Below are positions 35,001 to 45,200 of a stretch of 64,000 nucleotides of DNA, in pieces. The stretch covers positions 53,196,001 to 53,260,000 of the forward strand of contig NC_059437.1 of the NCBI RefSeq assembly GCF_021028975.2, written 5' to 3'. A program made the position numbers and the translations under genes. Each line of letters opens with the position of its first letter. Position 1 is the first letter of the stretch. The notes beneath the pieces were generated by a model. That model did not search any database, had not been told where the DNA came from, and saw nothing but the letters and a program-made list of their open reading frames with translations. Origin of the DNA: Sphaerodactylus townsendi. Its lineage: Eukaryota.

Positions 35001-36125
35001 AGAAAAGAACTTCCAGATCAGACCACCAAGAGATTCGTGGGTTGCTCTAAAATGCTCCCCCAAATACTCTAAATGCTCCCCCAATACCAAATTTACATTT
35101 TCCCCGGGGGACACTCCACTCCAGAACTCCCCAGTGGGTTTGTTTTTCTTTTTACAGAGGATCTGGAGCATCAAGTTGCTTGTGTTTGGTAATGTGAAAT
35201 CTGTACATGCTCAAAGGCACTACTGCAACTCAGCTGTGATATTCTCTTATGCTTTTGTATCTGACCCACACAGGTATGTACCTTCCCATCAAGACCTCCC
35301 AAGTCACTCCTGTTTTCCCCCACCCCATAAAGTTTACACCTTTTGATACACCTTCTACGATCTGCAGAGATTCTTGGCTAAGGCTTCTAAGAGCCAGAGT
35401 GGTGGTAATGATGCAACCAGGCCCTAGTAACTCTAACCAGCCGTTTTTCCAGAACGGAGTCCATAAGGAAATGGCTGTTTGATGGCCAGCGTCTCTGCCA
35501 ATAAATTGGTGAGTCTCATCGCTCCCAGACCCCCTTCCAAGTGGCTCTGGCATTCCACATATCTGGAGCGTTGTGGGGTTTCCAGGCTGCATGGCCATGT
35601 TCCAGTAACATTTTCCCACGACATTTCGCCTGCATCTGTGGCTTGCATGCAGTCATATTCCAGAGCAGATTCAAACCTGGGCCCTCGATTCTTAATCCAA
35701 CACCCTAACCACACTGGCTGCACCCCTTTAAAAACATCCCCCCCCCCCCCAGGGATCTCTTTGCCACCATATTTAACTGAAACAACCAACCCTTAGAAGT
35801 GGTGGTGGTGGGGAAACACTCTACTCTAGCATTTGAGTTAAGCCTGGGTGAAAGCCCCCTTCTTGGGAAGTCTTGTCCCACAAAACCTGCTTCTGGGGAG
35901 CCTTTCCAACAGTGGGTTCCTACCCCACCCACCCACCCACCCTCCCTCCCTCCCTGGTTCCCTTTTCCACCGCACACTCTTGGTCAATCTCAAGATTTTT
36001 CAGTCCAGCCATTACAATGCAGAGGTCGCACCCTGAAAGCACTCTACCTGCCCCCCTCCTCATTTCTTCCAACCCTTTGATGCCCTCCCCCCAGCCAAGA
36101 AGACCACAAAACCACCTTTGGCCAT
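25889..36125 (-). CDS. KMT5A: H4K20 monomethyltransferase KMT5A (SETD8/PR-Set7), 8 coding exons, 349 aa
   Basis: Exons 36125-36116, 34200-34082, 31249-31093, 30490-30277, 29605-29518, 29022-28963, 27135-26945, 26099-25889 sum to 1050 nt. SET motifs GKGRGV, RLINHS, ELLYDY; ends HPWLKH; PIP degron NRKVTDYYPVRR. Confidence 0.96.
26141..26363. mobile_element. Penelope-like element, spacerless palindrome of pLTRs
   Basis: 95-bp arms centred on 26235/26236, tail, TSD AGAGATTT. Confidence 0.85.
26945..27135 (-). CDS. KMT5A: KMT5A exon 7 (SET domain N-half)
   Basis: IDFIDGKGRGVIAT...CYMYYFQYLSKTY. Confidence 0.97.
27440..27795. mobile_element. Non-autonomous hAT
   Basis: TIR CAGAGGCGTA / TAGGCCACTG; TSD ATCCTAAT. 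Confidence 0.8.
28206..28623. mobile_element. PIF/Harbinger-like GC-rich MITE
   Basis: TIR GGCCC(T/C)TTCCGCA; TSD TCA; internal inverted repeat. Explains the cluster of spurious ORFs here. Confidence 0.78.
28963..29022 (-). CDS. KMT5A: KMT5A exon 6
   Basis: LEEKKQIDELIESGKEEGMK. Confidence 0.95.
29518..29605 (-). CDS. KMT5A: KMT5A exon 5 (PIP degron)
   Basis: AQGKTQPNRKVTDYYPVRRSSRKSKKELQ. Confidence 0.95.
29694..29925. mobile_element. Tc1/mariner-superfamily (Tc2/pogo-like) MITE
   Basis: TIR CCGTGTTTCCCCGAAAATAAGACA, TA TSD, internal GTCTTATTTTCAGGGGAT repeats. Confidence 0.8.
30277..30490 (-). CDS. KMT5A: KMT5A exon 4
   Basis: RINIGNAIDDAVKSE...KPAPKR(K); GTAAGT donor. Confidence 0.9.
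31093..31249 (-). CDS. KMT5A: KMT5A exon 3
   Basis: ENIFSCQSKIYTYMSVNK...PLQEENS...RKGE. Confidence 0.93.
31727..32142 (+). mobile_element. Non-autonomous hAT, same family, nested in an older repeat
   Basis: TSD TGCTATTA. Confidence 0.9.
32760..32926 (+). mobile_element. CR1 LINE 3' end (other subfamily)
   Basis: GGGGTTGGACTTGATG..CTTCCAACTCTATGATTCTA terminus. Confidence 0.7.
33850..34560. promoter_or_regulatory. CpG island over KMT5A exon 2
   Basis: Very high GC and CpG density, with GCC, GCT and GCCA microsatellites. Confidence 0.8.
34082..34200 (-). CDS. KMT5A: KMT5A exon 2
   Basis: (G)RRPKMSKAAK...GRPRMNG; CCCGCAG acceptor, GTAAGC donor. Confidence 0.88.
36116..36125 (-). CDS. KMT5A: KMT5A exon 1 coding part (ATG GCC AAA G)
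   Basis: MAK(G) then GTGGTT donor; equivalent to the mammalian 10-nt MAR(G) first coding exon, next to CCAAT boxes. Confidence 0.72.
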
Positions 36126-36985
36126 GATTCCGCGGAGCAGACTTCAGCCACGTTAAAATCCGCCTACTTCGGAAGCAAAGAGACGTCCCTGTTTGACAAT
36201 TCAGAGCCCCAAAAATCTGGTCCCGCCCCTGGAGACTAACCAACTGCTTCTAAAAAGATACAACTGAGCGCTCTCTGTTCCCTGATTGGCTTGCCCAGCT
36301 GCTACTCGTGGCCTCGCAGCCTCTGGTTGGTGCGTGTGTGAATCGCCCCGCCTCTTTGTCTTTCCCCTTGAAGCTTAGCGCACCCTGGCGGGAAGGAGTG
36401 TTTGAAATGAGCGTTATCTGGCTGTTCATTGGCCAGCGGGGAGGATGAGCGGACGGTGATTGGTGGAGAAGGATCCCGTCTGTCCCTTCTCGCTGTACGC
36501 TTGCACCACGTGTGTAAGAAAGACATTTAATGCAGTTAAGTCTGATTCCCGCAAGCAGGGAACTGAGATTAGGGGACGAAGCACCTCTGCGGGGTGTGTG
36601 TGTGTTGCATTTTACAATACTCCACGACTTTAAAAACTACCTGCAAACAAGAAATTAACAAATCGATATAAAAAAAAAGTTTATATCATACAAAAGCACA
36701 CGTGGTCCTGGCAAACGAAAGCAATGCCAGCTAAGGAAAAGGTCATCCAGATCCGCCTGTCACTTTATTTGCATGGCAGAGAACGGTGTATGGAGTGATT
36801 TTGACAGCCGTTCAACAGGTACAGTTGTTTTGGCGTCGGGTCAAGCCATGGCCTCTTTTTTTGGCTGGAAGTTGTTGTCAGAGACCTAGCATTCTGCATA
36901 AAATGGTAGTTATGTATATCTGGATCCCACGTGACTGTGATCCTTATTGGCTCGATTGGCTTTGATCCCTGAGCTGGATTGCCCC

Positions 36986-37027
36986 AGGCTAGCCTGATCT
37001 CATCAGATCGCAGAAGCTAAGCAGGGT
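36986..37027 (+). mobile_element. 5S rRNA-derived SINE head fragment
   Basis: GCCTGATCTCATCAGATCGCAGAAGCTAAGCAGGGT; same family as the 51285 copy. Confidence 0.6.
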
Positions 37028-37789
37028 TAGTCAGATCAATGGCAAAATGCGGGTCTTCATTTACAGTACTACGCATGCGCGCTAGCACCGGTTCGCTGAC
37101 CAGGACAACAGCTTCGTTTGGCGGCTGCAGGTGCTTCCCACGTGACAACCGATTCGCCCTCTCTAATATGGCTCCCTCCGTCAGGCACCTCTCTCCCATC
37201 ATGCACCGGTCGGCAATTTGTCACGAGGTTGGACGTACAAGCGACCTCCTCGCGTTAAGACGTCAACACTGCCATTTTACATGGGTGGGTCACGTGACTC
37301 CCAACGGTCGTCTCCTCGACCTCCTCTCCTTGCCCCTCCCAACGGAAAATCGGGCCTATGCCTGCGTCTGAGAAGGCAGTTATGGGGCTACATCAGCCGC
37401 TAACGCTCGGCGGACGGGTTGCTCCTCCACATCTTGTTCTTGCTTCCGGCCTCCGTTTGGATTTCTCATAGGTAAGAAAGGCCACGAAAGGGGGAAAAAA
37501 GCGGTGAGCCACGTGATCAGCGAGACGAGGGACGATCCGCCGGAGAGTTTGGACACGTGACATCCCGCAGCCTATGGCGGGCGGCCTCGAAGAACGGAGG
37601 CCGAAGAGGAAGAACGCGCATGTGCGGGAGCTGGCGAGCGCCCTCGTGTCTTCAAGGTGCAGAAAGAAAAAAGGAGCGCGGCGCGCGTGTGTCGTCGAAC
37701 GGTCACGTGGCGAACGTCGCAGGAGTGTGCGCGCGCCGCCCGGCAACAGGAGGGCGGGGGCGGCGGCAGGAGGCTCCGAGGTCACGTGG

Positions 37790-37950
37790 CGTTGGAGCGT
37801 CGCCCGCCGCCCGCTCCCCTCCCCCTCAAGAGGGGAGGGAGGGACGGAGAGCAAAGATGGCGGCGGCGAGTTAGAAAGCGGCGGACGGAGCGGCGGCAGA
37901 GGAGACCGAGTGAGGCGGGCGTCGTCGCGAGCGCCCGAGAGGAGGCCCCA
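37790..37950 (+). other. SBNO1: SBNO1 non-coding first exon (5' end approximate)
   Basis: Lies in the CpG island, contains a YY1 motif, ends at donor CCA|GTGAGT (GT at 37951). Confidence 0.7.
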
Positions 37951-40534
37951 GTGAGTCAGCCGCTGCCCCCTCGAAAGGAAACCGCCTCGCGAAGGACCGG
38001 CTGGGGCGGGGGGGGGGGGAGGGGAGAAGGAGAAGCAACCCCGCGCCCAGGCAGAGTCGCCTCAGACTCGGTTGGCGGGCGGAGAAGCGCCGGGGCGTTC
38101 GGGCGACTTCCTCCCAGAGGTCTCTTCCACCGCCCCCTCTTCCCCACCCCCTGGCAGGCATGGAAGCGCCGCGTTCGCCCCCCCCCCCCGACCGCCTCAG
38201 GTCGCCTCGTTTGGGGGCGGGGGGGGGTCAGTCGTCCCGTCCCCCTCCTCCTCCCCCCCCCCGAATTGACCCTGGAGCCTTCCCCGTGGGGGCCGTCTCG
38301 CCCTTTGGGCCACCCCGCAGGAGCAGAGGCGAAGGAGGGCTTTCGGTTTCTTTATCTCTCCCCCCTCCAGTCTTTCCCATCAGGCAACCCCCCCGCCCCC
38401 GTCCTGTGGGTCGTCATTGTGTGGGAAGGTGACGGGGATTGCTCTCCTGCCCCCAACTGTGGGGTTTCGTTTCTGCCCCCACAGACACCGGGGGGGGGGG
38501 GAGGGGAGGATAGGTTGCCTCAGTTCTCTTCCCCCCCCCTTCCCTATTTCCTACCAGCGCAAGGATTCCCCTCCTATATATTTCACCTCCTCCGTGCCAC
38601 AAAATTATGCCCTACACAAGATCGAGAGGGGGGTGTTCTTTGTATACACAGACTTGTGTTCATCCGACCGGGTTATGCCTATTCAACGTCCCGTATCCTG
38701 CGCCACGAGGAGGGGTAGACAGTGACAGCGTGCCTAACTGACCTGCTTCTGCTTGATGATGTTGTGGTGTTAGCCTATATGGTGCCTTAAAAAAAACACC
38801 TTTATATCTTTCCCCGAACAGCCTGAATCTCAGTCTCAGTGGGGAGAGGTCTTTCCGTGCTTGGCTCTTGGCAACAATCCACTCCCTGGCCGAGCCAGGC
38901 TCTAAGTTTGTTTATGCAGGAGTATCTGTGGGTCTCCCGAGTCATCGTGACATGGGATTGCAGCCGTGGTGTGCAAGCGAAAGCGTGCTTCTGCCACCTA
39001 GCTCGGTTTGTGGTCTGGCGAGGCGTGTGCTGCGGCCAGGGTGCCTCAGCAACGGAGGAACAGAGGAAACTTCCCTGCAGTTTGCCACTGGCAGGAGCAT
39101 GCTTGTGAATGGAGCTCCGTCAGTGAGCTGGCCATTATGTGTTCCTTCTGCACGTGAAATGGTGAAATGCTTTGCAAGCTTGAGCTAGCAGAGTTTTTTT
39201 GTCAAAGGATGCTGAGAGCTTTGTGGCTGTCTTGTTGAGTGGGTGAACACTGAAGATAACCTCAGACCCTAAAATGTAATGGGAGGAGGTTGAGAAACCT
39301 TCAGTTTGTTTCTCCTGGCTGATGAAGCAGAAATACCTTTTGTTCCCTAATGTTTCCAGTCGTTTTTTCCCCTTATCTCTTTGGCAACCAAATTTGCTTC
39401 TTACCCTGAGAAATATAAAGTATCTGATTAAAAAAACCCTGAAACCAGAAGCTCTGTATAATCTGTTAGTTCTTATGTGCTTTATTAGTCTCCTATATTC
39501 TGATTTAAGGGTATTTTTTTTTGTCAGGAGCAAGCAAAGATGCCTGAGACAATTATGTAGTTGTTCCTAGCTCAACCCGGAAGTTTTTTGTCTTGCACAT
39601 GTGTTTGTATGGAAGGCAAAGATTTGATTATTCTTCTAGAAACTTACTACTCCTGTGAGTTAAAATGTTTTGAAGTTATCAGGATTGATTGGGATGGATG
39701 CATTTTTGAAAGACTCAAGGTATATTATATCCCTGTAAGCTTAATCAGTGTGCTGTTTGTAAACAGATTGCTGGTGGAATTGCTGATGGTTGTTTGCAGG
39801 TGTAGCTTTCTGTCCCCAGAACTGTTGTTACCTTTTATTTTGTGAGATTTAATATTCATATTCAACCCTTTCCCACAATTAAAATCTACCTGAATGTAGG
39901 TAAGTGCTTTTTACCTGTTCAACTTAAAGTGTTAAGTATACGTTGAACTGGTTTACCCACGTGTGTTCTTTATCCTTGAACTGTGTTTTGCTGCACTGTA
40001 AACATTACAGTGCAAATTTTGATCAAATTGATCTTGGCTGAATAGATACACTGTCCTGTAACTTTCTGCTTCTTGCCTTCCTATGAGAAAAATGAATACT
40101 AGATTGATGGTGAATTGCATGCAACAACCTTAGTGCTTAAGTTCCACTATCAGTCTTAGTTTTTATTAATCAAAAGGTGTGTATTGTGTTACATTAAACC
40201 AATTGAACTGCAGGTTGCTGGATCTGTAACGTTAACAGCTGCCAAATACAGCTACTGTAAAATTCTTTGCTCCATTGTAACCTCCTAATCTCTGTAGATG
40301 AGTAACATCTCTGTACATCTGAGGATCTTTCTTTGACTGATCTATGGATGGGTTACAGTATCCTGAACTTGAGTTTGAGCTGGAATGTGCTTGTCTTGAA
40401 AATACTGAAAGATAGCAGAGCTTTTGGACTCTTACCCTGGGCTCTGGGCTCACAACTCCATGAAACCCTGCTAAGTTTCTTTGAAATTAGATGTTTCAGG
40501 GTTGCCTTTTGGTGACTCAGCCTTAAAAAGGGTT

Positions 40535-40676
40535 ACTAGATTCGAGCTCACTAGCACCTTGAAGACCAACAGGATTTTTGAGTTAAAACCTTTTGAGATT
40601 CAACGGCTCCCTTCATCAAATGACTCTCAAAGCTTACACTCTGTAAATCTTGCTGGTCTCTGAGGTGCTACTGGAC
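40535..40676. mobile_element. Decayed inverted-repeat element, probably a second Penelope-like family
   Basis: TAGCACCTTGAAGACCAACAGGATTT ... AAATCTTGCTGGTCTCTGAGGTGCTA inverted arms. Confidence 0.55.
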
Positions 40677-41085
40677 CCCCGCTGTTCTGCTGCAACTAGC
40701 ATGGCCACCTTGTGGATAGGATTGTTTCTTTAGCGCTGAGGAATGTATTTCAAGATAGGACATGTACCATTTATTATTTAGCTTGGGAGTTCTATTTAAC
40801 AAACATTACATGGCTACTAACAGTGAAAGGGCTGTTCAGATACAGTTATTGTAGTAATCGAGAGCAACTGGTTTCTGGCGTCGTTCAGGTAGCTTTCATT
40901 GTGGTCAGCCTAATTGTGGTCAGTTGTCTAGAATGTAGCATTGGTTCTCTAGTCTTTCTAGCAATGACATCAGCAAGATAAGAGAACCAATGATGCATCC
41001 TGTATAGCTGATATTTTACATGTTCAGGGGGTTTGTGATAATAGCAGACCCAATCCCATTACTTTTCTATCACTAAGAGGTAGTA

Positions 41086-41370
41086 AGGAGCCAGCCCCAT
41101 GGTGCAGAATGTGGTAAGCTGCAGAGTACTGCAGTCAGAATCTCTGAGTTCAATCCTGATGGAAGTCGGTTTTGGATATAGCCTGTTCAAGGTTGACCCA
41201 GCCTTCCATCCTTTTGAAGTTGGTAAAATGAGTACTCCGCTTGCTGGGGGTGAAGTGTAGACAACTGGGGAAGGCAGTGTCAAACCAATCCATAAACAAA
41301 GTCTGCCTAGTAAAACATGCTGCGACAAAGCCCCATAGGTCAGTAATGATCTGGTGCTTGGACAAGGAAT
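41086..41370 (+). mobile_element. tRNA-derived SINE of a second family (Squam2-like)
   Basis: tRNA-like head and central GGTTGACCCAGCCTTCCATCCTT..GGTAAAATGAGTAC domain. Confidence 0.6.
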
Positions 41371-42146
41371 TACCTATACCTTTTAAAGAAATAGTAAGGT
41401 ATGGGAGTGAATCTTAAGCAGCCTGTAGCCATTTTACCATATTGACTGGAGGCTTGTGTAGAATCAAGCCTTTTATGGGTGCTACAAGTGGCACAAAGTG
41501 TAGGAGTGCATAGCCCTGTTGGATAAGAGTGGGAGCATCCATTAGCCGTGCTATATGGCACAATCCTGCCTATGTCTCCTCTGTTGAGGAGGTTAGTAGG
41601 TACAAGGAGCTGACTATACCATAGAGTGCACTACGTTAATAGAGTGTACGAAGTGTACTGCCAGATGAAGTGACTACTGAAAGGGGACGTGCAGTGATCC
41701 TTTCTGTGGACTGACTTTTAAAAAATCTAAATCCCACCTCTGAGTGCATGGTAGCATGTCAAAATCCTGCCAATTTCCCTGGAGTTTCTCACACCTTGGT
41801 CTTAAACACATGTTGTTGTTGTTGTTGTACATCCCAGTGACATAGTGGTGGTTCTTCAGAGCAGGCACTTGGATAGAAGGGTGACAGGCTGACAGTGTTT
41901 ACCTAACAGGAAGTTCAGAAACTTTCATCCAGCGTGTTCATTGCAGCGAGTACTACATGCATAATGTTTACATGTTCCCAGTTTTAAGAGAAAAGTAGTT
42001 GCCACAGTATCTTGTAGGTATCAAAACTTCATGCAAACTCATTTATGAAAAGGCAGTTGAGAGAAATGTTGACTTCTTAAGGTTTTTTTAAGTAGTATAA
42101 GTTGTTACAGCTTACTAACATGCCTATAACATCCTTTATTTCAGAA

Positions 42147-42266
42147 ATGGTGGAGCCGGGACAGGATTTGTTGCTTGCTGCTTTGAGTGAGAGTGGAATC
42201 AGTCCAAATGATCTGTTTGACATCGATTCTACGGACGTGGGTCTTGCGACTCCAGCTGCTCAGCAG
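42147..42266 (+). CDS. SBNO1: SBNO1 coding exon 1
   Basis: MVEPGQDLL...TPAAQQ. Confidence 0.93.
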
Positions 42267-45200
42267 GTTGAAAAATCACAATTCTTTCTTTTCTGCTATA
42301 ACATTGGGCAGCCTTTATTTTTGTTTCTTGAAATGTGCTGCTGAAATTGTTGGCCGATCCGTGAGGAAAGGGGAAGTTGGGTATTTTAATAACTCACTGC
42401 TAACATATATTGCCATTGGGCATTGTCTTGTTCATCAAAGCTACATGGTTAGTATAGAGTCAGGGCCTATTGTGATTTGTTCACAAACGCTACATCTTAC
42501 TACATTTCATTCTTGCATCCAGTTTCAGGGCAAAAAGATCAGGTGGTGTGGCAGGCTATAGGAAACACACTTTTCCCCCTGCTTGTGTATTTCACTTAAT
42601 CTTAGAGCAAGAGTAATTTATTTGGTATTACATTTCTGGCAGTTTTCTCTTATAAAATGTAATTCTTTGCTATGTTGCCATCAGTACTATTAACCGCAAC
42701 TCCAAAGTCAAAGAATTTGATATAAAATTGGTAACTTGATGGTCATTGATTTTGGCTAATTACATAGATTGCAATAGGTATGTCTGCCAATAGATTGCAC
42801 ACATCCACCTGCTGCCATCCATATTTTGCATCTAGTCAGAGTTGTCATGTTTTTTATTTGCCTGGCTTGAGGCATGTCGAAGCATGAGTCTCCCTGGATA
42901 GGATATTTTTTTTGGTGTATTCTCTGGGTAGAAATTACACTTACGAAGCATCTTTGCTGGGATACGTCTAATGTTAAAAAGCAAGCATGCTGTATTAACA
43001 CAGTCTTCTTTCCAAGCTATATATACCCGTGTAACTATGATAATCCCTTCCTTTGTTTAGTCAGTACCACTTAATGCATTAGAACTGGGTTTGGAGACTG
43101 AAGCAGCAGTTGCTGTTAAAGCAGAACCACAGACCCCTTCTTCAACTGTATTGAACATCAGGGTAAGCAGGTTGACTTGTAAGTGGTTTTTTAAGGGGCC
43201 ACAGCACTCCTTTGCTCATCTCAAGTGCCCATAACATTCATCAGGTACTTGAAAATTGTAGGTTTAAATAAAAATGCAAGGATTATGTAGAACAGAAGGA
43301 TGTATTTTGAAGTTTCTCATAGGAAGTATATGCAGCTTTCAAAGCCACATACTCAGGGGGTATCAGGTCCCTTCAAAAGCAAATGACTCCTTGCTTGCAA
43401 TTGTGCAGGGTTGTCAGGTGCATTATCTCTGCATTTTGTACAGTCACATTCTTCTTTCCAAGAGGTAACTTTTTCGTAGCAGAGTTCTCCTTTCCCACTC
43501 CAAAAAACCCCACCCTACTTAGGGACATCTTGATCAAAAATTAACAGCTTGAATGAGGAAGTTTTGAGAGAAAGTTTCCAAGTAGTTCATCTGGCTTTGT
43601 AAATGTTACCAAAGCTAAATTTGGAAATACTGTAATCATAAATCCCCAATTGTTCAAGGTAATCGTTGTACACTAAAAACATGTACTGTATGTGCTATTC
43701 TTTTGATAACAAACACCATGTTTTCTGTTGTTACAGCAACCGCCATCTACCACAACTTTTGTATTGAATCAGATAAATCAGCTCCCAACTTTGGGGACAA
43801 CTATAGTGATGTCGAAAACCACACCCGTTACAACTAACAGGCAGACGATCACTGTAGCAAAAATTATACAGACCAGCACCACTACCCGCCCCTCAGTCGC
43901 AGCGCCAGCAGTACGCAATGCTTTGACCTCTGCAGCTTCCAAGGACCAGATCCAGCTGAAAGACCTGCTGAAAAATAATAGTCTTAATGAACTGATGAAG
44001 CTGAAGCCACCTCCTAACATTGCTCAGCCAGTTGCAACAGCCGCAAGTAAGTCCCTTGAGAATCTCTGGTAGCGGTGGGCTGTTCTGTTTCTTAGGGTGA
44101 GATGGGAGGCTTTTACAGAACAGCATCTGAATAAAGAAGGTATCCGTTGATGCTTATGGGGTACAACCAGTGGTGGGATTCAGCCGGTTTGCACAGATTC
44201 AGCCAAACCGGTAGCTAACCGGCTGTATCCCACCACCCCAAGGGAAGGGATAGCGAGGGACCTTTCTGAGCTCCAGAGCGGCCTGCCGCATTGCTCGGAA
44301 AGGCCCCTTGCTCACCCTTCCAGGCCAAGCCACAGCCGCTGCGTTCCCTCTCCCATCCCCCCCGCCAGCCATGTTCCTCCACAGTAGCCACGTAAGTGGG
44401 CAGCCGGGGGAGGGGGACACACCATTAGCTAAATTAATAGAATCCCACCATTGGGTACAACCCCTTCCTTCTGAATGGCGTACAAACACCAGTTTGGTGG
44501 GTTGCAGACACTCGTAGAATTGGGAGGGGGATTACCATATGTGATGAAAATGTATAGCCATCTGCTGTCATGAAATTCATATTATAAGTGTTTTCTCAAA
44601 CAAATTGTCTAGGGCATTTTTGCTGTTCGGTTTCTGTGAGGGTTGTAAATGCTTATTAGCCATCATTTTAGTTTCATCGGTCCTGGCAGACCTGGTGTTT
44701 TCAGGCTGTGTGCAGCATTTTAGTTTTGTGGCCCAGTCCATGGCTGGTATTCCATGTGTAGCCCAAGAAGCATGGATTTGATGGTTGTATGAGCAATTTA
44801 TTTGATCCCTTTGAGCCTTGCAAAACAATCCATACACATTTAGGTAGCAGGCCCATAACTAATGTTCAGTCTTGTCATTGTGGGGGTGGGGGAGGGGTCG
44901 GATAGTATATTTTGCATTCATCTGAGGACTGTTAAAACAATTGAGACCCCCCCAAATGTTGACTTTTTTACAGAAATAATTGTAGTGTCTCCAAAGGTGG
45001 TAAACGCCACCAAGCCAGGTAAGCTGTCTTCCGCTGCTAAAACTGGGCTTGTGGCTTCCTGTCCTTAACCCGCGTATGATGAATTTAAGGTGAACTATAA
45101 GGTGAACTCTGGTGAAGGGTAGCTTTTTGAAATAGCCAACCTTGGTGTACAGGCCTGCAGCTTGTTTAATGTGGCCATGATGGAACTTCCTGACAGCTCT

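Larger units (their letters stand above)
36200..37960. promoter_or_regulatory. Divergent KMT5A/SBNO1 promoter region and CpG island
   Basis: ATTGG boxes at 36285, 36428 and 36459; E2F-type TGGCGGGAA at 36386; TTTGAA at 36401; nine CACGTG; NRF1-like CGCATGCGC near 37072; YY1 AAGATGGCGGC near 37854. Confidence 0.85.

Noticed and set aside
37393-38725. 353-aa and other ORFs at the SBNO1 5' end
   Set aside because: Low-complexity R/G/P translations of a CpG island crossing a splice donor; no recognisable domain.
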